A stretch of DNA of 64,000 nt from Bacteroidales bacterium (GTDB taxonomy: Bacteria; Bacteroidota; Bacteroidia; Bacteroidales; JAQUTK01). Position 1 is the first letter of the stretch. The number at the start of each line of letters is the position of its first letter. The stretch covers positions 147,845 to 211,844 of the forward strand of contig JAQUTK010000001.1 of the NCBI GenBank assembly GCA_028709785.1, in the 5' to 3' direction. Both the position numbers and the translations under genes were made by a program. Shown one piece after another: positions 34,558-44,111 of the stretch. The notes below the pieces were generated by a model, which had not been told where the DNA came from, made no database searches, and saw nothing but the letters and a program-made list of their open reading frames with translations.

Positions 34558-37500
34558 TCATTCATCTTCCTCTTTTTCCAATCCTTTGATGGGTACCAAT
34601 ACCTCTTTCAGCTTTTGATAGTTTACTTTTACGCCATCATCCAGATCGATGCTGATCTTTTGGGTGGCAAGGGTGAAGAGGGTACGTTCATAGACTTTAC
34701 AGTCGTCAATCATCTTTCGCAGGTTGTCTATTTCTTTACTTGCAGCCACTTTCTCGCGTGGCGAGAGGTCTTCACGAACACTCAGCATGATTTGTGTTTG
34801 TCTGGCACTTTCAATTTTGCTGATGTAAGGCTGTAAGTAATCATTGAGCAACTTACTGCACGTATCGGGTTGATAGCGGTGCATATAGATCAATGCTTTG
34901 AAATGACCCTTCGGACTGCTAAACATCCAATAGATCGGACGTTTTTTGTATCGCTTGATGTGGTCGTTGTAAAAATCCTTTACAAAGTACCGGCGAATGT
35001 CTTTTGCCGCGATGTTATCTTCGATGAAACCAATGTTTTCGTTGAGCTGATCGGCACTAAAAGCCACTTTCATGAATTCACGGAAGCGACCGACGATATC
35101 ATCGGTAAACCATTCGCCATCGAGTACCGGAATAATATTATCCTCATCCGGCTGATAGGTTGGAGCTTGAACCTCCTTTAGATAATCTTGCACCGTATCG
35201 CCTTGATTGGCTAAGATAAGCCCGGGTTTATCGAGACTGTAGCGACCAAACATACAACCCACGGCATAGCTGATAAGTTGCAACATGACCGGTGCGGCTT
35301 GTATTTCCAACTGACCGTCCACAATCTTGCCTTCTTCTTGCAAAATAGTGATTTCTTCCAACGGCACATCGGGAGTCAATTCGTCCTGCAAACCATAGAT
35401 TTCGATAAACTGACGATTGAGTTCTTCTTCATTGTGGTGCAGTTGGTAAAACTTATCTGACCATTCTTTTTTATAGCTTTCAAAGGCTTTTTTTATGGAT
35501 TCGGCTTGTTGTTTGATTAGTTCGTTTTGTTGGAAGTCCCAAGAGGTTTCGCGAGAATCCCAATCTTGTTTTGATATTAATATATTTTGGTCAACATTTG
35601 GAGCCATTCCCATTTCTTCAATATCAGAGAACAGAGGCAATTTTCTAATATCCTCTGGCATTATATTAATTGTTGGATTCATCAGACTTAAAAATCCATC
35701 AACAACTTTTGTATTTAGATAACCTAATAGATTCTTTAAATCTTGTGTAGCGTGTTTCTTATAAATGTCATTTGTTGAACTTTCATAAATAAATCCCTTC
35801 TGGGAATATCGAAATGCAGATTTGCTACTTGATATTCTCGACATTTCGATACCTTCGCAAAAAGAGAACTCTACCCCCCCTAAACGTGCTTTAATACGTC
35901 CTTTTTCATCTAATGAAGTTTTAATTTGTTCGCCATTATTTTCCCAAAAAACAACGAACTCATTATTGCCATACCATCTTCTAAATAACCCTCCTTTATT
36001 GCAAGGCTTCCAATTATTATTAATAAAAGGAACTTCATGCCACAGTCTTAAGTATCTCACATTATCCCCTGTTGATATTCCATTGCGTACAATGTAAAAA
36101 TCAGAAATTTTAGTAGATTCAAATGATTCAAAACTTTTTTTGCTCAACCAATACCCAATTGGACTACCCGGAATCTTCTCGAAATCATTTTGATTAGCCG
36201 TATAAAACCAACCGCAATCAGGGTTTTGAATGGCTTCTAAGGTTTTATCATCTTTCAGTTGGGCATTGCCAAAGTCGGTTAAACGAATATAAACCCCTTT
36301 GTTTATGGGTTTGTAGTTGCCCAATACAAAAGCGGCATTCTGGACCACTTCGCCACCAATCTCTGGGAAAGCACGTGGCCCTAAATGCAACATACTTTCT
36401 ATTTGTGTATGCTCAATAAGGAAAGAACGAAGCCCTTCATAACTGCTCAAAAACATCCAACTATGTTGGTTAATCATCGCTGTTTTGCCTTGGATAGGAT
36501 TATATGCAAGGCATCGTTCCATGAAACAAGCCATTAAGTCACTTTTGCTTTTCCTGAAATTCTTTTCAACAAAGCACTTCAACTCTGCATTCATTCCACT
36601 ACTACCCATATACGGCGGATTAGTGACCACACAATGATACTTTGAACATAGGAATTCTGCTTGTCGTTTCAATATATTTTGCTGCTCCTGCCACATACTG
36701 CCTGTTTGTACCTGTATGGCATTTACTTCTTCTTGATTGATCTGAATCAAAGACCCTAAGTTGTTGGCTTGCGTCAATAGATATAGACTTAAGTCTTTGT
36801 AATCCTCTATTTTCTTACTCTTTACAACAATTGGCAAGGTTATCGATTGTTCCAGGATCTCCTCGCTTACATTTACCAATGCAATGACATGTGGCTGTAT
36901 GGGTTTACGCAGAAAACGGCTGTAATAATTGCGTGCTTTCATAGTTAAGGCAAAAGCCGCCAACTGTGCCGCACGTGGGTCAATGTCAATGCCAAAAAGA
37001 TTGTGCTGAAAAATGAGTGACGGAATTTCGTTGGTGTTGTATCCTTCTTCTTCGTAGATTTTCGCAAACAAGTCGAAAGCATATACCAACACGTGTCCGC
37101 TGCCCTGACAAGGATCCAGAAACGTTATATCGGTAATACCTTTTATCCCTTCGGGCAGAGGTGACGGAACATTGCCTTCCGGAGTTTCAATATAATAAGG
37201 CATGTGGTCACGTAATTTACTATTGGGCTTGAATGTGAGCCACAGTTTCCCCAAGGTGTTTTCCACCATATACCGCACTATCCAACGTGGTGTAAATAGC
37301 TGTGTGGCAGCCGGTATGTTTTCGGCAGAAATCTTTACATTCTTGCCCAATGCTTTAAAGACCTGATCTTTTTTGTCCGAGATATAAAACTGATATAACC
37401 ACCCGAGTATTTCTTCCTGTTGGCAATCCTCGTCCGTCATCCCGTTGCGAATATCGGCTACAATACTGTAATCGCTCAGGAGGTCATCGGGCAGGAGCAG

Positions 37501-37989
37501 TTCGGTGTAATCGCTGATATGCTCAAACATATAGGGCATAGCGCTGTACCACTGGTTGCACGCAGCCACGATCAGCATTTTGTACGCTTCAGTATGTGCG
37601 TCGGCTGACGCGGTGCGTCCGTCCAAGAGATCGTTGAGGCGTTGGCGGTCGAGGTGCAACTCGGCTTCGATATGTCCAGCCAAAGCGTTTTGCAATATTT
37701 CAGGGTTAGACATGCCGGGCAAAGGAGTGACCACTTTGGGTAGCGTGTAGCCATTGGCATCCATGAAACGCAATGCCATCAGACGGTTGAACCAGGTGTA
37801 AGCCACTGTTTCAATCACCTGTTCGCGCCCCATTTGTTTAATCGTTGCGTTGAGCTGTGCTATTTCCGCCTGTTTACCACGTAGCTCTGCTGTATCGTTG
37901 GTAAGTACGAAATCAAGTTTGCGGGAGACCTGGTCAATCAGTTTGATGCGGGCTTGTGCAGCAAAGACTTTGAGGATGTTGGTATTCAT
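34558..37989 (-). CDS. pglX: BREX type 1 N6-adenine DNA methyltransferase PglX
   Basis: 1143 aa. Catalytic VVTNPPYMG (NPPY = aa 457-460, nt 36610-36621). SAM-binding LDPCQGSGH. Size and position between brxC and pglZ fit. Confidence 0.9.
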   Translation of the reverse strand: MNTNILKVFAAQARIKLIDQVSRKLDFVLTNDTAELRGKQAEIAQLNATIKQMGREQVIETVAYTWFNRLMALRFMDANGYTLPKVVTPLPGMSNPEILQNALAGHIEAELHLDRQRLNDLLDGRTASADAHTEAYKMLIVAACNQWYSAMPYMFEHISDYTELLLPDDLLSDYSIVADIRNGMTDEDCQQEEILGWLYQFYISDKKDQVFKALGKNVKISAENIPAATQLFTPRWIVRYMVENTLGKLWLTFKPNSKLRDHMPYYIETPEGNVPSPLPEGIKGITDITFLDPCQGSGHVLVYAFDLFAKIYEEEGYNTNEIPSLIFQHNLFGIDIDPRAAQLAAFALTMKARNYYSRFLRKPIQPHVIALVNVSEEILEQSITLPIVVKSKKIEDYKDLSLYLLTQANNLGSLIQINQEEVNAIQVQTGSMWQEQQNILKRQAEFLCSKYHCVVTNPPYMGSSGMNAELKCFVEKNFRKSKSDLMACFMERCLAYNPIQGKTAMINQHSWMFLSSYEGLRSFLIEHTQIESMLHLGPRAFPEIGGEVVQNAAFVLGNYKPINKGVYIRLTDFGNAQLKDDKTLEAIQNPDCGWFYTANQNDFEKIPGSPIGYWLSKKSFESFESTKISDFYIVRNGISTGDNVRYLRLWHEVPFINNNWKPCNKGGLFRRWYGNNEFVVFWENNGEQIKTSLDEKGRIKARLGGVEFSFCEGIEMSRISSSKSAFRYSQKGFIYESSTNDIYKKHATQDLKNLLGYLNTKVVDGFLSLMNPTINIMPEDIRKLPLFSDIEEMGMAPNVDQNILISKQDWDSRETSWDFQQNELIKQQAESIKKAFESYKKEWSDKFYQLHHNEEELNRQFIEIYGLQDELTPDVPLEEITILQEEGKIVDGQLEIQAAPVMLQLISYAVGCMFGRYSLDKPGLILANQGDTVQDYLKEVQAPTYQPDEDNIIPVLDGEWFTDDIVGRFREFMKVAFSADQLNENIGFIEDNIAAKDIRRYFVKDFYNDHIKRYKKRPIYWMFSSPKGHFKALIYMHRYQPDTCSKLLNDYLQPYISKIESARQTQIMLSVREDLSPREKVAASKEIDNLRKMIDDCKVYERTLFTLATQKISIDLDDGVKVNYQKLKEVLVPIKGLEKEEDE

Positions 37990-38002
37990 TTATTGGTTTC
38001 AA

Positions 38003-38641
38003 TTATGGCCGTTGGATTAAATTCTTCTTAAGATACCAAACTACAATGCCGTTATACGGTTTATAATCCCCATGAATATCAATATTATCCCATTCATTTA
38101 TTATCTTTTGAATACTACTTTTTTTCCAAGGATTAGTTTTGTTCAGAATTGAAGTTATAGCAGCTATAACTTCCTTTCGATTTCTCTTTAGTAGTTTGTT
38201 ATTCAGATTAAGAATAGAATTAATTTCATGATTCCAAGTAGGATTAGTTGATTTAATCTTACCGTCTGAAGTATCGTATTCTATTGTTTGTACAAAATGG
38301 TCTTCGAATATTGGAATTGTTATATCCTTATCGCCCTTCAATTTGTCGCAATGAAAGTTGTTGTTAATGGCTCCAGGACAACAAATAACCATATTCTTAT
38401 AGTCGAGTTGTAATTCTTCATGATTCTCTTGACTTAGGACATGGTCAATTCTGGTTGTCTCATTACTATTTTTGTCTTTAATAGGTATTCTACGCATACA
38501 ATAAGCGCAAATATTTCCTTGATCTTTTAATAGTGCATCAGCTAATTCAGGAATTCGTTGATATTTGACACCAGGAGTTAGTCTATATTCTGTCCATTCA
38601 CGCGGCTCATTGCCTTTATTTATCTTCCTCATTGTCGTCAA
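38003..38641 (-). CDS. HNH-type nuclease, PtuB-like (Septu-like module, nuclease component)
   Basis: 212 aa. Cys/His pattern CAYC...RIDHVLSQ...ICCPG...FHCDKLKG typical of the small HNH proteins that partner ABC-type ATPases. Its start overlaps the upstream ATPase gene by 26 nt. Very low GC (17/60 in sample 38161-38220). Confidence 0.6.
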   Translation of the reverse strand: MTTMRKINKGNEPREWTEYRLTPGVKYQRIPELADALLKDQGNICAYCMRRIPIKDKNSNETTRIDHVLSQENHEELQLDYKNMVICCPGAINNNFHCDKLKGDKDITIPIFEDHFVQTIEYDTSDGKIKSTNPTWNHEINSILNLNNKLLKRNRKEVIAAITSILNKTNPWKKSSIQKIINEWDNIDIHGDYKPYNGIVVWYLKKNLIQRP

Positions 38642-39899
38642 TTATCTGAAAGTTCAACATGGTTTCTGCTCTGATCAGCTCCGGCAGACTGTCACCAAAC
38701 CTTTGTTGCATATCTATCAAGATCGATCTTGCTTCATTTCCTTGATTATTATCAATCAGAGAAAATAAGTTTTTTAATTCATCATCTACCTCTTTCGACC
38801 GGGGAGTCGTATCAAGCGCAACATCAATAATTGTTGAAGCATCCATTCCGTAGAGCTCAACCGGAATTGCACTGTAACCGTTTTCGTTGGAATAGTCAAG
38901 TTTGTAAATAATGTTGTCGTCGTCGGATTTGATGCTTGTCATTACCATAGGCGCATGAGAAGTAACAATAAAGCGAAGTTCAGGAAATGCGAAACGCAGC
39001 CCCTGTATAACTACCGATTGTAAAGTTGGGTGTAAATGTAAATCAACTTCATCAATCAAAACAGTACCGGTTGTTTTGAGACAAGCCTCTTCGCCATAAA
39101 TGCCTTGATTCAGTAGTGCACAACGGAAAGCCAAGTCGGTCACCATATTTACCAATCTTTTATAGCCATCAGATAAGTTATTGGAGCTTACTTCTCTGCC
39201 ATCCGTAAAGTGATAATATACTTTACTTTGATTATGACGTATTTCCATATCGTTAATAATGCCACAACCATCATTGCCCAATGCTCGCTGAATGGCTTGT
39301 TGCACGCAAGATAATTCAATTTTTCCCTTACCTCCTTCTTTGAGTACCAACAGTCTTTTTGTCCAATACGGAAAGAAACCATTGCCTTGCAAACACTCAT
39401 AATACCCAAAAGAAGGTTTGTGATAATACTCTGTAAAAGGAGTCATAGATAATTTGCGGACACTGTGTATATCTTCGGTTGAAAAGCTGGCAAAAAGAGG
39501 TAGTGGCTTTACTTGAACATCGCCTTTGAAAAGGGATTCTTGCAATTCTCTTGCATAATCTGAAATTGGGTAAAGTGGCGTTCTTTGTGTACTACCTTTT
39601 TCTGTGTTTAATACCAACTGAGCGGATTTGCCTAATAAATCGAAGTTGACAGTAATTGGAGAATCATTTAAAAAGCCCGTACTCGACATTTTTTCGGTAA
39701 AGTCGTATTTGGATAATCCTACAAACCGTGTATTATCATCACTAAATCCTGTAAAGAAAGAATTGAGTGCATAGCTTATGGCTTTAATAATGGTTGTTTT
39801 TCCGCTTGAATTGTCACCAATCAGCAGATTTGTTTTGGACTTAAATGATATTTTCAGATACTCATAGCATTTGAAGTTAATCAATTCAATGTTAGTCAT
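38616..39899 (-). CDS. ABC/SMC-like AAA ATPase, PtuA-like (Septu-like module, ATPase component)
   Basis: 427 aa. Walker A LLIGDNSSGKTT near the N-terminus, signature-like LSDGYKR, Walker B VLIDEVDLHLHP, H-loop VTSH. Confidence 0.65.
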   Translation of the reverse strand: MTNIELINFKCYEYLKISFKSKTNLLIGDNSSGKTTIIKAISYALNSFFTGFSDDNTRFVGLSKYDFTEKMSSTGFLNDSPITVNFDLLGKSAQLVLNTEKGSTQRTPLYPISDYARELQESLFKGDVQVKPLPLFASFSTEDIHSVRKLSMTPFTEYYHKPSFGYYECLQGNGFFPYWTKRLLVLKEGGKGKIELSCVQQAIQRALGNDGCGIINDMEIRHNQSKVYYHFTDGREVSSNNLSDGYKRLVNMVTDLAFRCALLNQGIYGEEACLKTTGTVLIDEVDLHLHPTLQSVVIQGLRFAFPELRFIVTSHAPMVMTSIKSDDDNIIYKLDYSNENGYSAIPVELYGMDASTIIDVALDTTPRSKEVDDELKNLFSLIDNNQGNEARSILIDMQQRFGDSLPELIRAETMLNFQIIDDNEEDK

Positions 39900-39949
39900 A
39901 TTCTTTCTTGTTTTATGTGGATTAACGATCTATTGAATGAAACTAATTT

Positions 39950-42900
39950 TTACAAAGATATTCTTTTATTCTCGTCTATGATACGGAAATACTGTTCTCT
40001 TAGTGCGGCAAGATACTCTTCCACATCCTGTTTCGTTTCCAAAGAAGGCTTTTTGAAGTTGATCTTCACACTGTCTTTACGCACAAAGGTTATTTTGGGC
40101 ATTGGAGGCTGCACATTTGTCAAAGTCCCCGTCATGTCATTAGCAGGTCGGGGTGAGGGCAGAGGTGGATTAGCCAATGAGATCATCTTTTCCAATTGCC
40201 GTTGATAGACCTCATTGTTGGTATTGTTGGCTTTCGAACGGATATTCCCGATAAAACGTTCCAACTCTATTTCTTTGGTCGCTTTTTCGAAAGGAGCAAG
40301 GATGTCAGCTTGTTGCTTTTCGCTTAACTTTGCAAAATCGGCAAACAGCTTCAGCTTGTTGATGGTCTCTGTAATAGACTCTTTCGCGCTGACTCTCTCC
40401 ACTCGTTGTCTTTCGGTCACTTCCAGCTGAATAGTATCCAACGCTGTTTTTGCCTCCTGCATCAACACACCTTTGTAAGGAGCCTTGCTGGCAGCCACAG
40501 CTCTTAATGCCGTCAAACTGTCGCTGCCGATGTAATCGAAGTTCGCATTGTTGCTTTCGAGATACGAGAGAACCTTTTCGAAAATGGTACGCTGCGCACC
40601 GTTCATAAACTTCTTGGTGGCATCGAGTATCTCTTCTTTGTCGTCCAATAAAGGATCCTGATACTGATTTAAAGCCGTAAAGAAATAGAGAGGTTCCTTT
40701 TCAGCCAATGATTTCAAGCGATTAATCGGTTCGCCCAGCGACTCTAAAAATGTAAATCTACTGCGAAGATGATACATCTCGCTCAGGTCAGTGATTTCTT
40801 TCTCCAGCCGTTGTTTGAAAAGCCGTGCTATCTCTTTGGGTTCATTGCCCAGATTTGGTTCGTTGAAATACTCCTGATAGAAGTTTTTCAGCTTTTGGAT
40901 AGAGGTAACCGGAATCTCTTCTTCCAATTCAATGATGGTCGTGCTGTACTGATTGTTGCGCTGTAGAGCCTCCAATACATTACGATCGGAAAGCGTGTTT
41001 GAATCCTGTTTGAGACTGATTTTATTTCGTTTATACAGTTTGGCGATGACACACAATACAGCCGTCTGATACCAACCGTAAGGGCGGGCGTTGAAAGTAT
41101 CCAGCAGCACTTTAATCGTTGTCCGCTCATGATTAGCCTTATTGCGTTTAATGCGATTCAGTATCTCTATCTCTACTTCTTGCAGATCATCTTTAAACAA
41201 GACATCATCCTGACTTTGCATCAGTTTGACCAAAAGAGCTTCGCTATAATCTGTCGTGAGCATCTTCAGGTTGGTGTAAATGGTCTTGATAAGCTGCTGT
41301 AAACCCAGTGTGATTTTAGTCTTGGGATCTTTGCTCCCCATGTCGGTAAGCTCTGAACCATTGATAAACATCGCCGCATCGGTTAAGCTCTCTTTTAATT
41401 GCGCCAAAATAGCAACCTTTCTTACTGCGTTTTGCGTCGCTTTATCCTGAATGATTTGTCGTTTGGCACTATCTATGGAAGGAGAATTGGTCAGTTGGAT
41501 GTATTTCTCCGTTTTCTTGATTAGTTTCAATTCATCGAAGAGTCTGCTGTCTTCCGGTAAAAAAACAATCAAATCGTTGGGGCGACCCACCGAAAACATG
41601 TGGATATTGGAAGATGTAATTGAGTTTGCATTGAAAGGAGTGATGAAATTGAGATAGAAATCTTTTTCACGCCCCAACAAATTATCATCTAATTTCTTCC
41701 CAAACTCATACGCTTGGTTGTTTGTGTCTAACTTTACTTTTCCATCTCTGATAATCTCATCAAAGAGGATGGTCACTAGTAATTCACTCGGAGCATTGGG
41801 CGCAATCTCCGTGCTTTTTATTTCATTCTCGACATCCTTCTCCTGATTTGTGAGGTATTCATACCTGTCAGTGGCAGTACGTTGTATGTAGGTCTGACTC
41901 TCCAGGAGGTTTAAAGCTTCCTTCACTTTCTTATGAAATGCCGCCAGATCAATATCGAAGTGGGGCAAGAGCAAGATGGCGAGATTGCCTGCTGAAGCAT
42001 GAAATCCTTTTACATATTTGACCAGAAACAGCGCTTTGAGTGCTTCCTTAGCGAGATCGGAATCAATGCTTCGTTCAGACTGAAGAATGTCACTTTGGAT
42101 GTTGCTTTGAAGCACGTCTTTGATACCCTCATACATGTGAGCAAAAGAGACAATTTCAGTAACGTCTTTTTCGGAGTACACCTTAGCGACTTGCTGAAAC
42201 ACACCAAGCATCGAACGTTCGCCGACGGACTGTTGGCTTCCGATAAATGCGTTATGGTCTGAGAGCGACTTGATCGCCGCCTGAAACAAATCGAACTGAT
42301 ACGGTAGAAATGGATATGTATTTACAAAATGGTCGGCATCCCGATAGACTTGATATTGACGCGATTCATCATTGAATTTCAAGATCGTCTTGATCGTATT
42401 CTGTTCTTTGTTGTAACTATTAGCAAGAAACTTCGCGGACTCTTCGTTCTTTAGCAACAACCGTTTCTGAATGACCTCATCGGCATTGGCACTGGTCAGC
42501 GGTATTTTGACAGCAAACCGCCCCTGAATGCGTGAAAAGTCGTGCGCTTGTTTGGCTCCTAACTCTCCGATAGTTGCCCCTAAGTCGTTTTGAGAAGTCA
42601 CAATAAGGAAGGACTGACCTTGTGTTTTAGTAGCCAGAGTCTCGGCGATGGTCTGCAAACTAAGCATCAACTTCACATTCTCAGCGATAAACTGACCGAC
42701 CTCATCCACGCAAAAGACAAGCCGGAAGCCCGGTTGTTGAGCTTGGATATAGTGTGTAACCAAGTCGCTAAAGCCTTCGATATCCAGTTTGTAATTATTG
42801 ATGACATTGTCTATGTAACGGTTTGCATCCTCGGTGCTGATTGATTTGATCTCTGCATAGATCTCGGCTAACTCATGTTGGTTCAAAAAGATGGACTCAC

Positions 42901-43498
42901 GGCCTTTTTCCCAACTCTTATGGAAGCGCCTTTGAAACTCAGCTTTGAAATAATCATATTGATGAATGCTTTCCAGATGCCTCTCTATCTCTGCAATCTC
43001 CGGATTGATCGGGTCGTAGCCCAGCATCTCATTAAAGACTTTCAGAAAGATGTTTAATACAGGGTCGATCGTTGATGACATTCCCGTAATGCCATCCGCT
43101 TTCGCTGCAATATTAAACAAGATTGATTTAGTGGGTATCTTGGCGACACGTCTGATATTTCCTTCCAATTCAAAATCCTCTTTCGCTTTTTGCGCGAAAA
43201 TGTCGGCACATCTCAGGCCGTTGATCTCTTTATTTTCAAGGACCAAAGAGAGCATTTTGAGTAAGTGCGACTTACCCGATCCGAAATATCCCGATATCCA
43301 GACGCTACTGTTGAAACTGCTTTTGGATAAATCCTCAAACAATCCCGGTAGCATTTTATCCCGATTAGAAATGCCGCACAATTCATTTGTCAGCACATAT
43401 TCTTCTAACTCTGACAATAAATGCCTGTCATCGTTGGCTTTGATAACCCCCTCAATGGGGCGGTTAATATCTTTCAGATAAAGTTCCTTTTGGTTCAT
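39950..43498 (-). CDS. brxC: BREX P-loop ATPase BrxC (PglY-like)
   Basis: 1182 aa. N-terminus LKDINRPIEGVIKANDD, Walker A GYFGSGKSHLLK, Walker B-like VFCVDEVGQF. Size and position after brxB fit. Confidence 0.85.
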   Translation of the reverse strand: MNQKELYLKDINRPIEGVIKANDDRHLLSELEEYVLTNELCGISNRDKMLPGLFEDLSKSSFNSSVWISGYFGSGKSHLLKMLSLVLENKEINGLRCADIFAQKAKEDFELEGNIRRVAKIPTKSILFNIAAKADGITGMSSTIDPVLNIFLKVFNEMLGYDPINPEIAEIERHLESIHQYDYFKAEFQRRFHKSWEKGRESIFLNQHELAEIYAEIKSISTEDANRYIDNVINNYKLDIEGFSDLVTHYIQAQQPGFRLVFCVDEVGQFIAENVKLMLSLQTIAETLATKTQGQSFLIVTSQNDLGATIGELGAKQAHDFSRIQGRFAVKIPLTSANADEVIQKRLLLKNEESAKFLANSYNKEQNTIKTILKFNDESRQYQVYRDADHFVNTYPFLPYQFDLFQAAIKSLSDHNAFIGSQQSVGERSMLGVFQQVAKVYSEKDVTEIVSFAHMYEGIKDVLQSNIQSDILQSERSIDSDLAKEALKALFLVKYVKGFHASAGNLAILLLPHFDIDLAAFHKKVKEALNLLESQTYIQRTATDRYEYLTNQEKDVENEIKSTEIAPNAPSELLVTILFDEIIRDGKVKLDTNNQAYEFGKKLDDNLLGREKDFYLNFITPFNANSITSSNIHMFSVGRPNDLIVFLPEDSRLFDELKLIKKTEKYIQLTNSPSIDSAKRQIIQDKATQNAVRKVAILAQLKESLTDAAMFINGSELTDMGSKDPKTKITLGLQQLIKTIYTNLKMLTTDYSEALLVKLMQSQDDVLFKDDLQEVEIEILNRIKRNKANHERTTIKVLLDTFNARPYGWYQTAVLCVIAKLYKRNKISLKQDSNTLSDRNVLEALQRNNQYSTTIIELEEEIPVTSIQKLKNFYQEYFNEPNLGNEPKEIARLFKQRLEKEITDLSEMYHLRSRFTFLESLGEPINRLKSLAEKEPLYFFTALNQYQDPLLDDKEEILDATKKFMNGAQRTIFEKVLSYLESNNANFDYIGSDSLTALRAVAASKAPYKGVLMQEAKTALDTIQLEVTERQRVERVSAKESITETINKLKLFADFAKLSEKQQADILAPFEKATKEIELERFIGNIRSKANNTNNEVYQRQLEKMISLANPPLPSPRPANDMTGTLTNVQPPMPKITFVRKDSVKINFKKPSLETKQDVEEYLAALREQYFRIIDENKRISL

Positions 43499-43499
43499 A

Positions 43500-44111
43500 T
43501 CAGATTTTATATTCGTTCAGGTTATGCGCTCTGTAATAGTTATTATCAATAATCCGGTCGAAAAGATTCAATGAAATGTTGTTGTAAGTACCTGGAAAGA
43601 ACATTACGAGGGGAATGTCGCCTACCAGCGTTTGAAGGTTGTTTAATATCGTATGCGAACGGACAAACGGAAATGCAGCACCGATACCTGTCAGCAAAAG
43701 GATCTTCGCGTTTGAGTCAGCCAATCGTCTATGGATTTCCGGAATGATAGCCGTGTCAATATGAAGCGGACCACTGAGGATTCTCAAAAGACGTTGCTTA
43801 TTCGTCCATGACTGCTCTTGTGCTACAATCTTGTCAAAGATCTCTTCCCGTTTGAGAATGTCCATACATAACAGATACAGGTTCACTTCCAGAATTTCTA
43901 TACCTTCGCTTTGCAGTCTTTTCAGTAAAGACTCCGTACCAGTTTCCACTTCCGATTGTTTATTTACCGGAAAGGAGTGAATAAAAAAAGGTAATTCACC
44001 GCCTAAGCCTTCTTTTTTAAGGAAACGAGGGCTTGAGAGAATCTTATACAGATTGTTGAACTGCTCGGGCGTGTTGTATTTCAGACTAGTTGACATCTTT
44101 TGATTTTTCAA
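43500..44111 (-). CDS. brxB: BREX protein BrxB (DUF1788 family)
   Basis: 203 aa. Its stop is 1 nt from the brxC start. Size and position match BrxB, and the FPGxY-type C-terminal motif (MFFPGTYN) is as I recall for DUF1788. Confidence 0.7.
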   Translation of the reverse strand: MKNQKMSTSLKYNTPEQFNNLYKILSSPRFLKKEGLGGELPFFIHSFPVNKQSEVETGTESLLKRLQSEGIEILEVNLYLLCMDILKREEIFDKIVAQEQSWTNKQRLLRILSGPLHIDTAIIPEIHRRLADSNAKILLLTGIGAAFPFVRSHTILNNLQTLVGDIPLVMFFPGTYNNISLNLFDRIIDNNYYRAHNLNEYKI

